DNA of 47,164 nucleotides from Fidelibacterota bacterium (GTDB lineage: Bacteria; Fidelibacterota; UBA2242): contig JAGHBC010000011.1 of NCBI GenBank assembly GCA_021161185.1, positions 1-47,164 on the forward strand, in the 5' to 3' direction. The translations under genes and the position numbers were made by a program. The notes under the pieces were generated by a model that was not told the DNA's origin, searched no databases, and saw nothing but the letters and a program-made list of their open reading frames with translations. This document shows positions 30,528 to 40,289 of the stretch, piece after piece. The first letter of the stretch is position 1, and every line of letters starts with the position of its first letter.

Positions 30528-32978
30528 GTGCACATGTCCGATACATTTGTAAATATTACCTTTCCGTCGTCATTAAGACAGACTTTTACATACCGGATAA
30601 AACCGGATAATGTCTTCCCGATTTTCCCGGGGCAGCGCGTTGTTGCGCCCTTGCGAAACGTTCCCAAAACCGGTTTCATTGTCGAATCCGACGTACCGCC
30701 ACCTGACAATATTCACATCAAAGATGTTATTGAGATTATCGATCGGGAGCCGTTGATTCCGGCAAAACTGTTCCTGTTTCTGGTTAAATTGTCTAATTAT
30801 TACTTAGCCCCCCTTGGTAAAACTCTCTCTGCAGCTATTCCGGCTGAATATCAGATTCAGAAAAAACGGCGATTGTATTGTACGGATACTGACCCCGAAG
30901 ACCTTCCCGCAGAATATTTAGATATATATGCAAGAGTTGCCAAAAGCGGATCTATTTTACTATCCAGTCTGGCGTCCCAATATGAAAAACGCTTTTTACG
31001 TGAAGCCATTATCGGGCTTAAGCAGTCGGGATTCATTACCGAATCACCGGTTTTTACTTCTCCCGGGAGACACCAAAATCGGGCAAAAACTATTCGTCTG
31101 GAGCACCATTTTGATCTTAATCCTTCTGTAACGGGCTCACTTCAAAAAAGGGCACCGCGGCAGTGGGAAATTATTGAAACCCTCTTAAAAAATAAAGTCA
31201 TACCGCCTGATGAAATTCAGCAATTTTCACAAACGGCCCTTAAGCAGCTTGTGAATAAAGGAATCATAACCATTGAAGAGATTGACAAAACCGAAGATGA
31301 TCTCTGGAAAGACTTTCATATTAAAGAAAAAACAATTGCGCTAAGTACTGAACAGGAACAGGCCTATCAGATCATTGCAGCTAGTATTGAAAGTAACAAG
31401 TTTGCGCCTTATCTGTTGCAGGGAGTTACAGGCAGCGGTAAAACCGAAGTGTATTTAAAACTGATTAATCATGTTCTTTCAATGGGTGGCAGCGCTCTGG
31501 TGTTGGTGCCGGAAATTACCCTGACAACTCATCTCGCCGGTCGATTCCGCGGGGAGTTCAAAGATAAAATTGCAATTTGGCACAGCCACCTGAGCAGAGC
31601 CCAACGAAGTGTGCTGTGGCAAAAGATTCGAACCGGTGCCTATCCGGTCGTTATTGGCGCACGGAGCGCAATTCTGTTGCCATTGGACAATCTCAGGCTT
31701 ATTATTATCGATGAAGAGCATGACGGTTCTTACAAACAACGCGAGCAAGAACCCCGCTATCACGCCCGGGATGCCGCCCTGATGCGAGCTCTGGACAACC
31801 GTGCTACGGTCGTTATGGGATCGGCTACTCCAAGCCTGGAGAGTCTGTATAATGCCGCAACCGGGAAATTCACAAAAATTGAATTGAAACAGCGTTACTC
31901 TGAGGCGCTTTCCGCCATTATTCACGTTGTAGATATGAAAACGGAGTGGAAAGAAAGCGGTGATTACAATGCGCCCTTTTCCCGTCTTCTGTTTAAAAAG
32001 ATTGACGAAAAACTTCAGAAGGGTGAACAGGTAATTCTGCTCCAAAACAGACGCGGTTATTCCAATGTCGTCCTCTGCCCGGATTGCGGATGGATTCCGC
32101 GCTGCCGAAATTGCGATATAGCGCTGACCTACCATAAAAGCACCGGCAATATGCTCTGTCATTACTGTAACCGGATTGAAACTCCACCCAGCCAATGTCC
32201 CAAGTGCCAGTCTAATAAATTTCTTTATCCCGGTTTTGGAACGCAGAAAGTTGAAGATATCTTAAATGAGCAGTTCCCGGATTACAATATTGTCCGTATG
32301 GATTTAGATACAACCCGGCAACAGGGGTTTTCACAACGAGTTATGCGGCAATTTGAAAAAGGGGAAATTCACATTATTTTAGGTACTCAAATGATTGCCA
32401 AGGGACTCGATTTCCCCAATGTTACTCTGGTGGGTGTCTTAAATGCCGATATCGGTCTGTTTATGCCGGATTTTCGAGCAAGAGAACGAGTATTTCAGTT
32501 GCTCTACCAGGTCGCTGGTCGAGCCGGACGGGGCCGGATTCAGGGAGAAGTCATCATCCAGACATTCAATTCTGAAGATTCTACGATCCGTTGCGCCGTA
32601 CAGCAAAATTTCGCTAAATTTACAGCAATGGAGCTGAGTGACCGAAATCCGATTAACTATCCACCCTTCAGTCGCATTGCTTCAATTCTGGTAACCGACT
32701 TGAACGACGATCGCGCGGCTAAAGTCGCCAATCAGGTTTGCCAGTATCTTCGGCAGAAGAAACAAAAGATGGATGTTCTGGGACCGGCGCCGGCACCCCT
32801 GAGTAAAATAAAAAACCGCTATCGTTATATCGCAATTATCAAGTCCAGAAAAGATTACGATCCCAACGGCTCGAACCTGCGTCGTCTGTTGAAATTATTT
32901 ATCACCTCTTCCACTTACCGGACTCTCAGCCGGCGGGCGAAAATCAATGTTGAGATCGATCCCATGGATTTGTTATAA
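30528..32978 (+). CDS. priA: Primosomal protein N' (replication restart helicase PriA)
   Basis: Walker A GVTGSGKTEVY, DExH box IIDEEHD and the Cys-rich zinc module CPDCG...CRNCD...CHYC...CPKC are present. The start is GTG 30528 or ATG 30534. Confidence 0.9.
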   Translation: MHMSDTFVNITFPSSLRQTFTYRIKPDNVFPIFPGQRVVAPLRNVPKTGFIVESDVPPPDNIHIKDVIEIIDREPLIPAKLFLFLVKLSNYYLAPLGKTLSAAIPAEYQIQKKRRLYCTDTDPEDLPAEYLDIYARVAKSGSILLSSLASQYEKRFLREAIIGLKQSGFITESPVFTSPGRHQNRAKTIRLEHHFDLNPSVTGSLQKRAPRQWEIIETLLKNKVIPPDEIQQFSQTALKQLVNKGIITIEEIDKTEDDLWKDFHIKEKTIALSTEQEQAYQIIAASIESNKFAPYLLQGVTGSGKTEVYLKLINHVLSMGGSALVLVPEITLTTHLAGRFRGEFKDKIAIWHSHLSRAQRSVLWQKIRTGAYPVVIGARSAILLPLDNLRLIIIDEEHDGSYKQREQEPRYHARDAALMRALDNRATVVMGSATPSLESLYNAATGKFTKIELKQRYSEALSAIIHVVDMKTEWKESGDYNAPFSRLLFKKIDEKLQKGEQVILLQNRRGYSNVVLCPDCGWIPRCRNCDIALTYHKSTGNMLCHYCNRIETPPSQCPKCQSNKFLYPGFGTQKVEDILNEQFPDYNIVRMDLDTTRQQGFSQRVMRQFEKGEIHIILGTQMIAKGLDFPNVTLVGVLNADIGLFMPDFRARERVFQLLYQVAGRAGRGRIQGEVIIQTFNSEDSTIRCAVQQNFAKFTAMELSDRNPINYPPFSRIASILVTDLNDDRAAKVANQVCQYLRQKKQKMDVLGPAPAPLSKIKNRYRYIAIIKSRKDYDPNGSNLRRLLKLFITSSTYRTLSRRAKINVEIDPMDLL

Positions 32979-33871
32979 TGTGTTTTATCCGGATCCTGTT
33001 GTTGCTTATTCTTTCCACTGCTTTGTGGGCAAATGAACAACAGCTGAATGTCGGCAATATTTATATTTACTATCCCGAATCTTACCGCAAACTTGCCGAA
33101 TATACTCTGAATGTCCTAAAAAACAGCAACTCCGATCTGACAGCCCTTTTTGGGGAATCTTCATACCCTATCAAATATATTCTGGTAAATTCCAAAGCGG
33201 GATTTGAACGCAAAACCGGCACACCTTTACCACCATGGACCGCAGCAGTCACCATGTTCCCTCAAAAGGTCGTTGTTGTCAAAACGCCCGACTTAAACAA
33301 TTCAACATTACGGGCATACCGCGAGACAATCCGTCACGAACTGGTACATCTCCGGCAGGGGTTTCTGATTCCCCTGAACATCACTCCAACCTGGTTTAAT
33401 GAAGGTCTGGCAGTTTATATAACCAATCAATATGATCTCCAAAGCAGAGTCAAGGTTTCCCGTGCTCTGGCTCAAAATGCGATTATTCCGCTATCCGCAT
33501 TGTCCGATTTTCTAAAATACAATCACTTGCAAGCCGAGTTGGCTTACGCCGAGAGTGGTACCGTCATCGAATTTTTAATCCATGTATACGGTCAATCAGT
33601 ACTGACGGATCTTTTCAAAACATTATTGGATAAAAAGGATTTTTACCAAAGTTTATATGCAGTCACGGACATCGAGCCGGAGACACTGGACTTTTATTGG
33701 CAAAAATATATAAATAAACAGTATCGTTGGATTTTTCTCTTGGACATTCAGAATATAATTTGGTTAATTATACCGGCATTGCTTGTTTGTGCATATTTTG
33801 CGAAAAGGTTCCGGAACAAAAAGACACTTCAGAAGTGGAACGTTGAAGAAAATGAGATACACATAGAATGA
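32978..33871 (+). CDS. Peptidase MA-like zinc metallohydrolase, membrane-anchored
   Basis: The HExxH motif in IRHELVHL is followed by WFNEGLAVY (third ligand region), as in Peptidase_MA_2-type proteins. It has an N-terminal signal and a C-terminal TM helix. TAATG overlap with priA. Confidence 0.55.
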   Translation: MCFIRILLLLILSTALWANEQQLNVGNIYIYYPESYRKLAEYTLNVLKNSNSDLTALFGESSYPIKYILVNSKAGFERKTGTPLPPWTAAVTMFPQKVVVVKTPDLNNSTLRAYRETIRHELVHLRQGFLIPLNITPTWFNEGLAVYITNQYDLQSRVKVSRALAQNAIIPLSALSDFLKYNHLQAELAYAESGTVIEFLIHVYGQSVLTDLFKTLLDKKDFYQSLYAVTDIEPETLDFYWQKYINKQYRWIFLLDIQNIIWLIIPALLVCAYFAKRFRNKKTLQKWNVEENEIHIE

Positions 33872-34785
33872 AAAAACAGATCGTCTTGCCAATTATTTTC
33901 CTGCTGTTCATTCCTGTATCGAGGCTTAACAGCCAGGCTCTGTTTCAGGGATTAAACCATCCGGTTACTGCCCGGGGATGGGGCATGGGGTCAGCTACCA
34001 GCAGCCAATCTCAAAACGCCTCCGGCATTCTTTATAATCCCGCCGTAATTTCCCGCAGCGCTAATTTATGGCAAATCAATTACACTGCATTTGCTCTGGA
34101 TATATTATCCTCATCCGCCTTTTGGGTCTTTCAGACGCCAATACAGGGAAAGTTTGGATTGCTGCTCAATTATCTGGATTACGGCTCCTTCACTGAACGT
34201 GATTGGAGCGGTAATGAAACCGGGTCTTTTAATGTCAGTGATTTATCTTTCCGGCTCAACTATGGAATTCAACTGACCCGCCGAATAAGTTTAGGCGTTT
34301 CAACGGGATATTCCCAATCACAGCTGAATTCGTTATCCGCCCGGGCATTACTCGGAACTCTCGGGGTTTTCTATTATGATGATGTTTCAACATTCGCAGT
34401 CGGTCTCAGCTACCATAATTTCGGTACGCTTCTTGACGGGTATGCCAACGATAACGAGAAATTACCTGCCACTATAATGATTGGCATTTCGAAAAAACTT
34501 GACCATTTACCAATGATTTTATCGCTTGACACCTATGAGGCTTACCCGGAAGAATACATCGTCAAAATTGGCGGTGAATTTATATTAAATAAACATCTCT
34601 TTCTGAGATGGGGTACTTCCACCCGTCGTTTTAGCATTCAGGGACAGGAAACATTTAAAAACTTTTTCGCGTCATCTTCCGCCGGCGCCGGTATCAATAT
34701 CAAATCTTTTTGTTTTGATATCGCTGTTGTCGCTCTCGGTGACGCCGGATCAATTACCTCATTCAGTATCACTCAAATATTTTAA
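33868..34785 (+). CDS. Outer-membrane beta-barrel protein, PorV/PorQ-like
   Basis: It has a signal peptide, an N-terminal ARGWGMGSATSS...ILYNPA block like the PorV/PorQ and FadL-like families, alternating beta-strand pattern, and a C-terminal aromatic residue (ITQIF). Confidence 0.45.
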   Translation: MKKQIVLPIIFLLFIPVSRLNSQALFQGLNHPVTARGWGMGSATSSQSQNASGILYNPAVISRSANLWQINYTAFALDILSSSAFWVFQTPIQGKFGLLLNYLDYGSFTERDWSGNETGSFNVSDLSFRLNYGIQLTRRISLGVSTGYSQSQLNSLSARALLGTLGVFYYDDVSTFAVGLSYHNFGTLLDGYANDNEKLPATIMIGISKKLDHLPMILSLDTYEAYPEEYIVKIGGEFILNKHLFLRWGTSTRRFSIQGQETFKNFFASSSAGAGINIKSFCFDIAVVALGDAGSITSFSITQIF

Positions 34786-34799
34786 AAAGGGTTGTTTCC

Positions 34800-35198
34800 A
34801 TGAAAACAGACAGGCTTTTATCGTTATCCGTGTGTTTTTTATTTATAGCAATGACCGGCTGTAATAACGATGTCAATCTTTCGGTCAGCTATGCCCATGA
34901 TATTGAACCTATTTTTAAAACCGGCAGTTCCAGTTGTTATCCATGTCATTTAGGTGGCGGCAGGTCCGGGAACCTGGATTTGTCGAGCTATGCCGCTCTG
35001 ATGGCTGGTGACAGTGAGAACGGTCCGGTTGTCAGACCCGGCGATGCCGATCACAGCCTGTTATATGAAGCCGTCTCCAGACCGGCAATTGAGCAGAGTA
35101 TTTTAAGCACCCGCATGCCTCAGGGGCTGGAGCCGCTTAGCGCTATGCAGATTAAGCTGATTGAAGACTGGATCAACGAAGGCGCAATAGATAATTAA
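34800..35198 (+). CDS. Lipoprotein with a CxxCH (c-type haem-binding-like) motif
   Basis: A lipobox (IAMTGC) and the motif CYPCH, embedded in IFKTGSSSCYPCHLGG, resemble the planctomycete-type cytochrome c domain. 132 aa. Confidence 0.5.
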   Translation: MKTDRLLSLSVCFLFIAMTGCNNDVNLSVSYAHDIEPIFKTGSSSCYPCHLGGGRSGNLDLSSYAALMAGDSENGPVVRPGDADHSLLYEAVSRPAIEQSILSTRMPQGLEPLSAMQIKLIEDWINEGAIDN

Positions 35199-35242
35199 TT
35201 TCAGTTTAAATGGAAGCGATTTTCTTCAAGATTCACTGATTG

Positions 35243-35307
35243 TACCTGTCAGGTTTATTAGATTCTTTTTCTTTAGATTAGGATTAATTGATTGAACCTG
35301 ACAGGTA
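35243..35307. repeat. Perfect 13-bp inverted repeat with 39-nt AT-rich spacer
   Basis: TACCTGTCAGGTT (35243-35255) and AACCTGACAGGTA (35295-35307) are exact reverse complements. The repeat lies 45 nt after the upstream stop codon. Confidence 0.8.
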
Positions 35308-35693
35308 TAGGTCGAATTAAGTTTTTCAGAGGAACGGTTTGCCGAATCTCTGCCTTGCTGACGTTTTAGCTGGATTTGGTGCCGTTGACTTTACCGTGCA
35401 TTTTGAGTAAAATCAAATCTGTATTTTGACGTTTTCTAACCTAAATTATTCATAGCCACGAGGCACTTCCGGGGGAACTCCCATGGAGCAAGACACAAAG
35501 TGATGTTTAATATAAAAATAAAGATAAAAGGAGAGGACATAGATTTTGATTTATTTCGTGTATTTCAATATCTATATTTTCTTAATTCTTAGAGTCTTAC
35601 CTGCCCGCAGCAGGCGGGGTGTCTTTTCCCAAGGGGATTCCTTTGGAAGTGACAAGATTTATGAATTAAACAGGCTAAGAGAGTAGACCAAAT

Positions 35694-36836
35694 TTGAATT
35701 TTTTTGAAACTTTAAAGTCCATCTTTTCGCGGACAATCTTCAGGATATTCCTGAGCCTGGCACTGCTGACGGTTGTGGCGGCGACGCTGGTGCTTCATTT
35801 TGAGGGTGTAGAAAATCCGGGCGAGTATTCCGGTCTGTGGGATTCAGTCTGGTGGACGTTGGTTACGGTTTTTACGGTTGGTTACGGTGATATTCGGCCG
35901 ATAACGACGGGAGGCCGGGTCATTGGCATCCTGGTGATGACTTCCGGAGTAATTCTGGTATCTTTAATCACAGCCTCGATCTCGTCGATCTTAGTGACGA
36001 AAAAAATCAGGGAGGAGCAAGGTTTGGAATCGATAAATTTTGAAGATCATATCATTATTTGCGGCTGGAATAACCGGGCAGAATCCATTATTGAAACTTT
36101 TTTTCAACTCGCTAAGCAAAAACCACCCAAAATTATTATGGTAAATGAACTTCCCGAGGACGAGATCAACAGCATTCTTGACCGTTTTAGTAAAAATAAG
36201 GTCAAGTTTATTCGTGGGGATTATACCCGCAATGCCCCCCTGGAACGAGCCGGCATTAAAGAAGCGAAAACAATCATCCTGCTTCCCAACCTGTTTCAAT
36301 ATGATGCGCTGGTTGCCGATGAAAAGACTCTGCTTGCCACACTGAATATCAAATCCAGCTATCCCAAGAAAAAGGTGATTGCCTTTATTATGAATCCGGA
36401 AAATGAAATTCATGTCAAACGTGCCAGAGCGGATGAAGTAATCGTCAGCGATCAGTTTGTGGATTATTTTGTTGCCAGCGATGTGCTTGAACCGGGCATG
36501 TCCAATATTGTATCAAAATTGCTTAGCGCTAAAAGCGATCACCGGCTTTCAACGGTCGTAATTCCATCACGCTTCAGGGGTAAGACTTTTGCAGAGGTGG
36601 CGCAGTTTTTCAAAAATCAGCATCACATGGTGGCTTTGGGAGTCTTAGCGGAAGTCGAGTCTATCGGTATGGGGGATTTTCTCTCTTCGGATTCCAGTCA
36701 TCTCGATGCCTTTATTGAGCGTAAGCTCAAAGAGGCGGGCAAGACTTTGGGTGAAGAAAATAAAACCATTGTTAATTTAAACCCTGAAGATGAATATATT
36801 ATCCGGGAAAACGAAAAAGCCATAGTATTGGTATAA
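35694..36836 (+). CDS. Two-TM potassium channel with cytoplasmic RCK (TrkA-N/TrkA-C-like) domain
   Basis: The selectivity filter TVGYGD lies between two TM helices, followed by a Rossmann-like HIIICGWNNRAE block. The start is TTG. Confidence 0.8.
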   Translation: MNFFETLKSIFSRTIFRIFLSLALLTVVAATLVLHFEGVENPGEYSGLWDSVWWTLVTVFTVGYGDIRPITTGGRVIGILVMTSGVILVSLITASISSILVTKKIREEQGLESINFEDHIIICGWNNRAESIIETFFQLAKQKPPKIIMVNELPEDEINSILDRFSKNKVKFIRGDYTRNAPLERAGIKEAKTIILLPNLFQYDALVADEKTLLATLNIKSSYPKKKVIAFIMNPENEIHVKRARADEVIVSDQFVDYFVASDVLEPGMSNIVSKLLSAKSDHRLSTVVIPSRFRGKTFAEVAQFFKNQHHMVALGVLAEVESIGMGDFLSSDSSHLDAFIERKLKEAGKTLGEENKTIVNLNPEDEYIIRENEKAIVLV

Positions 36837-37363
36837 TGAAACGAAAAAACACATACAATTATGACAAGAGAATGTTAGGAGAATACGAAATATTCTCTGG
36901 GTTGACCGAAGATCAGATTGACAAGTTCTGTAAGGTAATTATGCCGATTCGGTTTATGAAAGGCGATACAATTATCCGGGAGGGTGAGAAAGGCGATTCG
37001 ATTCTGCTGTTGCTGGACGGGAAAGTCGAGATTACTCAGGCATTGACCCTGAAAACCGACACTACCCAATCGGATACACGTGAAAAAAGTTTGCTATCGC
37101 TTTCCAGTGAAGCCCACCCGTTTTTCGGTGAAATGAGTCTGTTCAGCGAAGATGATCTGCGTACTGCGACGGTAAAAGCCGGTACGGTTTGTAGTGTTGC
37201 CCGGATTGAAAGAGACGAATTTTTTCATATTTGTAATACATATCCGGAAATCGGAAATAAAGTCATGCGCAATATTGCGCAGGTACTCAGCCGGCGTTTG
37301 AAACAAGCAAATCAGAATGTTTTGAAATTGACAACGGCATTCAGTTTAATCATTGAAAGTTAA
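36836..37363 (+). CDS. Stand-alone cyclic-nucleotide-binding (CNB/CAP-effector) domain protein
   Basis: 175 aa. FGEMSL...RTATVKA is the phosphate-binding-cassette pattern (FGE...R[ST]A) of cNMP-binding domains. No HTH follows. TAATG overlap with the channel gene. Confidence 0.7.
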   Translation: MKRKNTYNYDKRMLGEYEIFSGLTEDQIDKFCKVIMPIRFMKGDTIIREGEKGDSILLLLDGKVEITQALTLKTDTTQSDTREKSLLSLSSEAHPFFGEMSLFSEDDLRTATVKAGTVCSVARIERDEFFHICNTYPEIGNKVMRNIAQVLSRRLKQANQNVLKLTTAFSLIIES

Positions 37364-37373
37364 GAGGTAAATT

Positions 37374-40034
37374 TTGGCAGTTCAATTAGATAAGGTTTAT
37401 GATCCCAATAAAGTCGAATCACGTTGGTATTCCCATTGGCTGGAAAAAGGCTATTTCCACGCCGATAATCAAACCAATAAGAAATCCTATACCATTGTCA
37501 TTCCGCCGCCAAATGTGACGGGAATATTAACAATGGGACATGTTCTGAATAACACCCTTCAGGATATTTTAGTCCGTTATGCCCGGATGAGCGGCTACGA
37601 AACCCTCTGGCTACCGGGTACTGATCACGCCGGGATCGCGACCCAAAATGTTGTTGAAAAAGAGCTTCGCAAAAAAGGCAAAACCCGCCATGATTTTGAG
37701 CGGGATGAATTTGTTGACATTGTCTGGGATTGGGCTAATAAACATAAATCTATCATATTAAACCAGTTGCGCAAAATCGGCAGCTCCTGCGACTGGGAGC
37801 GAGAGCGTTTTACTCTTGATGACGGGCTTTCCCTGGCTGTGCGTCAGGTATTTGTGCATTTGTATAAAAAGGGGCTGATTTACCGGGGGCGCAAGATTAT
37901 CAACTGGTGTCCTGTTTCCCAAACCGCACTTTCCGATGAAGAGGTTATTTATAAAGAAACTCCGGGACATCTGTGGTATTTTCGTTATCCCCTCGAAGAT
38001 GGAGCGGGATATTTAACAGTCGCTACGACTCGCCCGGAAACCATGCTGGGCGATACGGGTGTTGCCGTTAATCCCAAAGACGAACGCTTCGCTCACCTGA
38101 TTGGCAAAAATGTCGTTTTACCAATAATGGACAGGGTAATTCCGATTGTAGCCGATGATTTTGTGGATATAGAATTCGGAACCGGCGCGGTGAAAGTTAC
38201 TCCAGCTCACGACCCTAACGATTTTGAAATTGGCGAGCGCTACGGTCTGGAAAAGATCAACATCATGAATCCCGACGGCACAATGAATGCTGCCGCGGGA
38301 CCATTAGTGGCGGGCAAAGGCCGCTTTGAGGCGCGCAAGTTGGTTGTCGCCGAAATGGAACGCCTTGGTTTTCTTGAAAAAATTGAAGACTATACACATA
38401 GCGTCGGCTATAGTGAGCGAGCCGGTGTGATGATCGAACCCTATCTTTCCGAACAGTGGTTTGTTAAGATGAAGCCTCTCGCGGAGCCGGCTATCAGAGC
38501 GGTTGAAGAAGGAAAAATAAAATTTCACCCTGCCAGATGGGTTAAAACATACTACCATTGGATGAATAATATCCGGGATTGGTGTATTTCCCGGCAACTT
38601 TGGTGGGGGCATCGAATTCCGGTGTTTTACTGTACCGATTGTGACTGGATGGATGCGCTGCTGGAAGATCCCGCCCAATGTCCGCGATGCGGCGCTCAGG
38701 TGTTGCAGGAAAACGACGTGCTGGATACCTGGTTTAGCTCCTGGCTATGGCCCTTTTCGACCATGGGCTGGCCCGAAAAAACGGACGACTTGAAAGCCTT
38801 TTTCCCCACGGATACTCTCGTAACAGGACCGGATATTATCTTTTTCTGGGTGGCTCGTATGATCATGGCGAGTCTGGAATTTATGGACGACATTCCCTTT
38901 AAGGACGTTTACTTCACCGGAATTATCCGGGATATCAAAGGTCGCAAGATGAGCAAGTCTCTGGGTAACTCTCCCGATCCTCTCGTTCTCGTTGACAAAT
39001 ACGGCGCCGATGCGTTGCGCTACGGTATGATGCTGATTGCGCCCCAGGGGCAGGACATCCTTTTTTCCGAAGAAAGGCTCGAGGTCGGTCGAAATTTTAT
39101 GAACAAGGTCTGGAATGCTTCCCGGTTTATCCTGATGAACCTGGATGATGATTCCATTCTCGAAGAGGAATTTGTACCCGCAGATATAGAGTTAACTCTT
39201 GCCGACAAATGGATTCTGATTCGGTTGAAAACAGCCTTAGCAAAAGTGGAAAGTAGTTTAAAACGGTACCGCTTTGATGAAATCGCCCGCACGATCTATG
39301 ATTTTATGTGGAGTGATTACTGTGACTGGTACATCGAATTAATCAAAGATCGCCTGTATAAAAAATCCCCGGCGGAAAAACGCACTGCGCTATCGGTAGC
39401 AATTTATGTTTTAAAAAACACCCTAAAAGTTTTGCACCCTTATGCGCCATTTATTACCGAGGAAATATATCAGCATCTGAAAACAAAATCCGAACCGGAC
39501 ATTGTAGTTTCCGATTGGCCGAGAATTCGCTACCATAGCGACGATCCGACTGTTGAAGAAACCTTTGAAGTAATTCAGGAAATGATCACAGCCCTCAGGA
39601 CCGCACGCAGCGAAATGAATATCCCGCCGTCCGCCCAATTAAATTTAATTGTGCAGGGGGATGACGAGCAGTTGCCACTTAAATTAATTCAAAATGAATC
39701 TCTGGCAGAATATGTTAAAAATCTTGCAAAAGTTGCCGATATTCGCATCGTCCGGGACGGGGTAAGACCTCATCCGGCGTCGACGATTGTTGTTCATGGG
39801 ACAGAATTTTTCATTCCCCTGGAAGGGTTAATCGATGTAGCGGCTGAGAGACAGCGGCTAGAAAAGGAAATAAATCGCTTAAAAGGTCTTCTGAAATCAC
39901 TTTCTGTAAAACTGACGAATCAGAACTTCCTGGAAAAGGCGCCCAAAGATGTTGTCACCCGGGAAAAGGAGAAAGAACAACGTAACCGGAAGCAGCTGAA
40001 GAAGTTAGAAGCCAACCTGAAGGCTCTCATATAA
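37374..40034 (+). CDS. valS: Valine--tRNA ligase
   Basis: It shows PPPNVTGILTMGH (HIGH-class), KMSKSLGN and a C-terminal coiled-coil. The TTG start lies 6 nt after AAGAGG. Confidence 0.95.
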   Translation: MAVQLDKVYDPNKVESRWYSHWLEKGYFHADNQTNKKSYTIVIPPPNVTGILTMGHVLNNTLQDILVRYARMSGYETLWLPGTDHAGIATQNVVEKELRKKGKTRHDFERDEFVDIVWDWANKHKSIILNQLRKIGSSCDWERERFTLDDGLSLAVRQVFVHLYKKGLIYRGRKIINWCPVSQTALSDEEVIYKETPGHLWYFRYPLEDGAGYLTVATTRPETMLGDTGVAVNPKDERFAHLIGKNVVLPIMDRVIPIVADDFVDIEFGTGAVKVTPAHDPNDFEIGERYGLEKINIMNPDGTMNAAAGPLVAGKGRFEARKLVVAEMERLGFLEKIEDYTHSVGYSERAGVMIEPYLSEQWFVKMKPLAEPAIRAVEEGKIKFHPARWVKTYYHWMNNIRDWCISRQLWWGHRIPVFYCTDCDWMDALLEDPAQCPRCGAQVLQENDVLDTWFSSWLWPFSTMGWPEKTDDLKAFFPTDTLVTGPDIIFFWVARMIMASLEFMDDIPFKDVYFTGIIRDIKGRKMSKSLGNSPDPLVLVDKYGADALRYGMMLIAPQGQDILFSEERLEVGRNFMNKVWNASRFILMNLDDDSILEEEFVPADIELTLADKWILIRLKTALAKVESSLKRYRFDEIARTIYDFMWSDYCDWYIELIKDRLYKKSPAEKRTALSVAIYVLKNTLKVLHPYAPFITEEIYQHLKTKSEPDIVVSDWPRIRYHSDDPTVEETFEVIQEMITALRTARSEMNIPPSAQLNLIVQGDDEQLPLKLIQNESLAEYVKNLAKVADIRIVRDGVRPHPASTIVVHGTEFFIPLEGLIDVAAERQRLEKEINRLKGLLKSLSVKLTNQNFLEKAPKDVVTREKEKEQRNRKQLKKLEANLKALI

Positions 40035-40289
40035 AAGAGGTAAACATAAATTCGAAAACCTGCCTTTTAGGAAAAGGAAACCGTGAGTCATTATTAATGT
40101 TATTGCTTTTGTTTAATCGTAGAAGAAATAAGGATGGGAAAAATACAATCCCAACAAGTCGAAACAGACATATAACGGAGATTAAACAAAATATTTCTTT
40201 TTTTATTTTGCAGGGATTTTAATCATATATCTAAGGAGAAAATGTTTTAAAATAGAAGCAAACCTTCCAACTTATAAATAGCGGTTAAT

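Noticed and set aside
31479-32195. 238-aa minus-strand ORF, and similar antisense ORFs at 18735-19148, 35991-36413, 28685-29080, 15779-16144, 26227-26541 and 20483-20860
   Set aside because: All lie fully inside strongly supported + strand genes (priA, ruvB, the K+ channel, hppA, secD, ctc, queA). Their translations are compositionally odd (Ser/Arg/Pro-rich or low complexity), which is typical of shadow ORFs.
35330-35690. Possible c-di-AMP (ydaO-type) riboswitch upstream of the K+ channel
   Set aside because: Short blocks reminiscent of the consensus occur in the right order: GCCGAATC, CCGGGGGAAC, GGCGGGGTG, ACAGGCTAAG. However, they are separated by 120-140 nt of AT-rich sequence instead of the compact pseudo-symmetric fold, and I could not build the pairing elements by hand. 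A covariance-model scan would settle it.
40035-40289. Small ORF (about 42 codons from the ATG near 40097) and weak hairpin CCTTTT-AGG-AAAAGG after valS
   Set aside because: There is no ribosome-binding site and no T-tract, and conservation cannot be assessed. I treat the region as ordinary spacer or promoter for the cassette.
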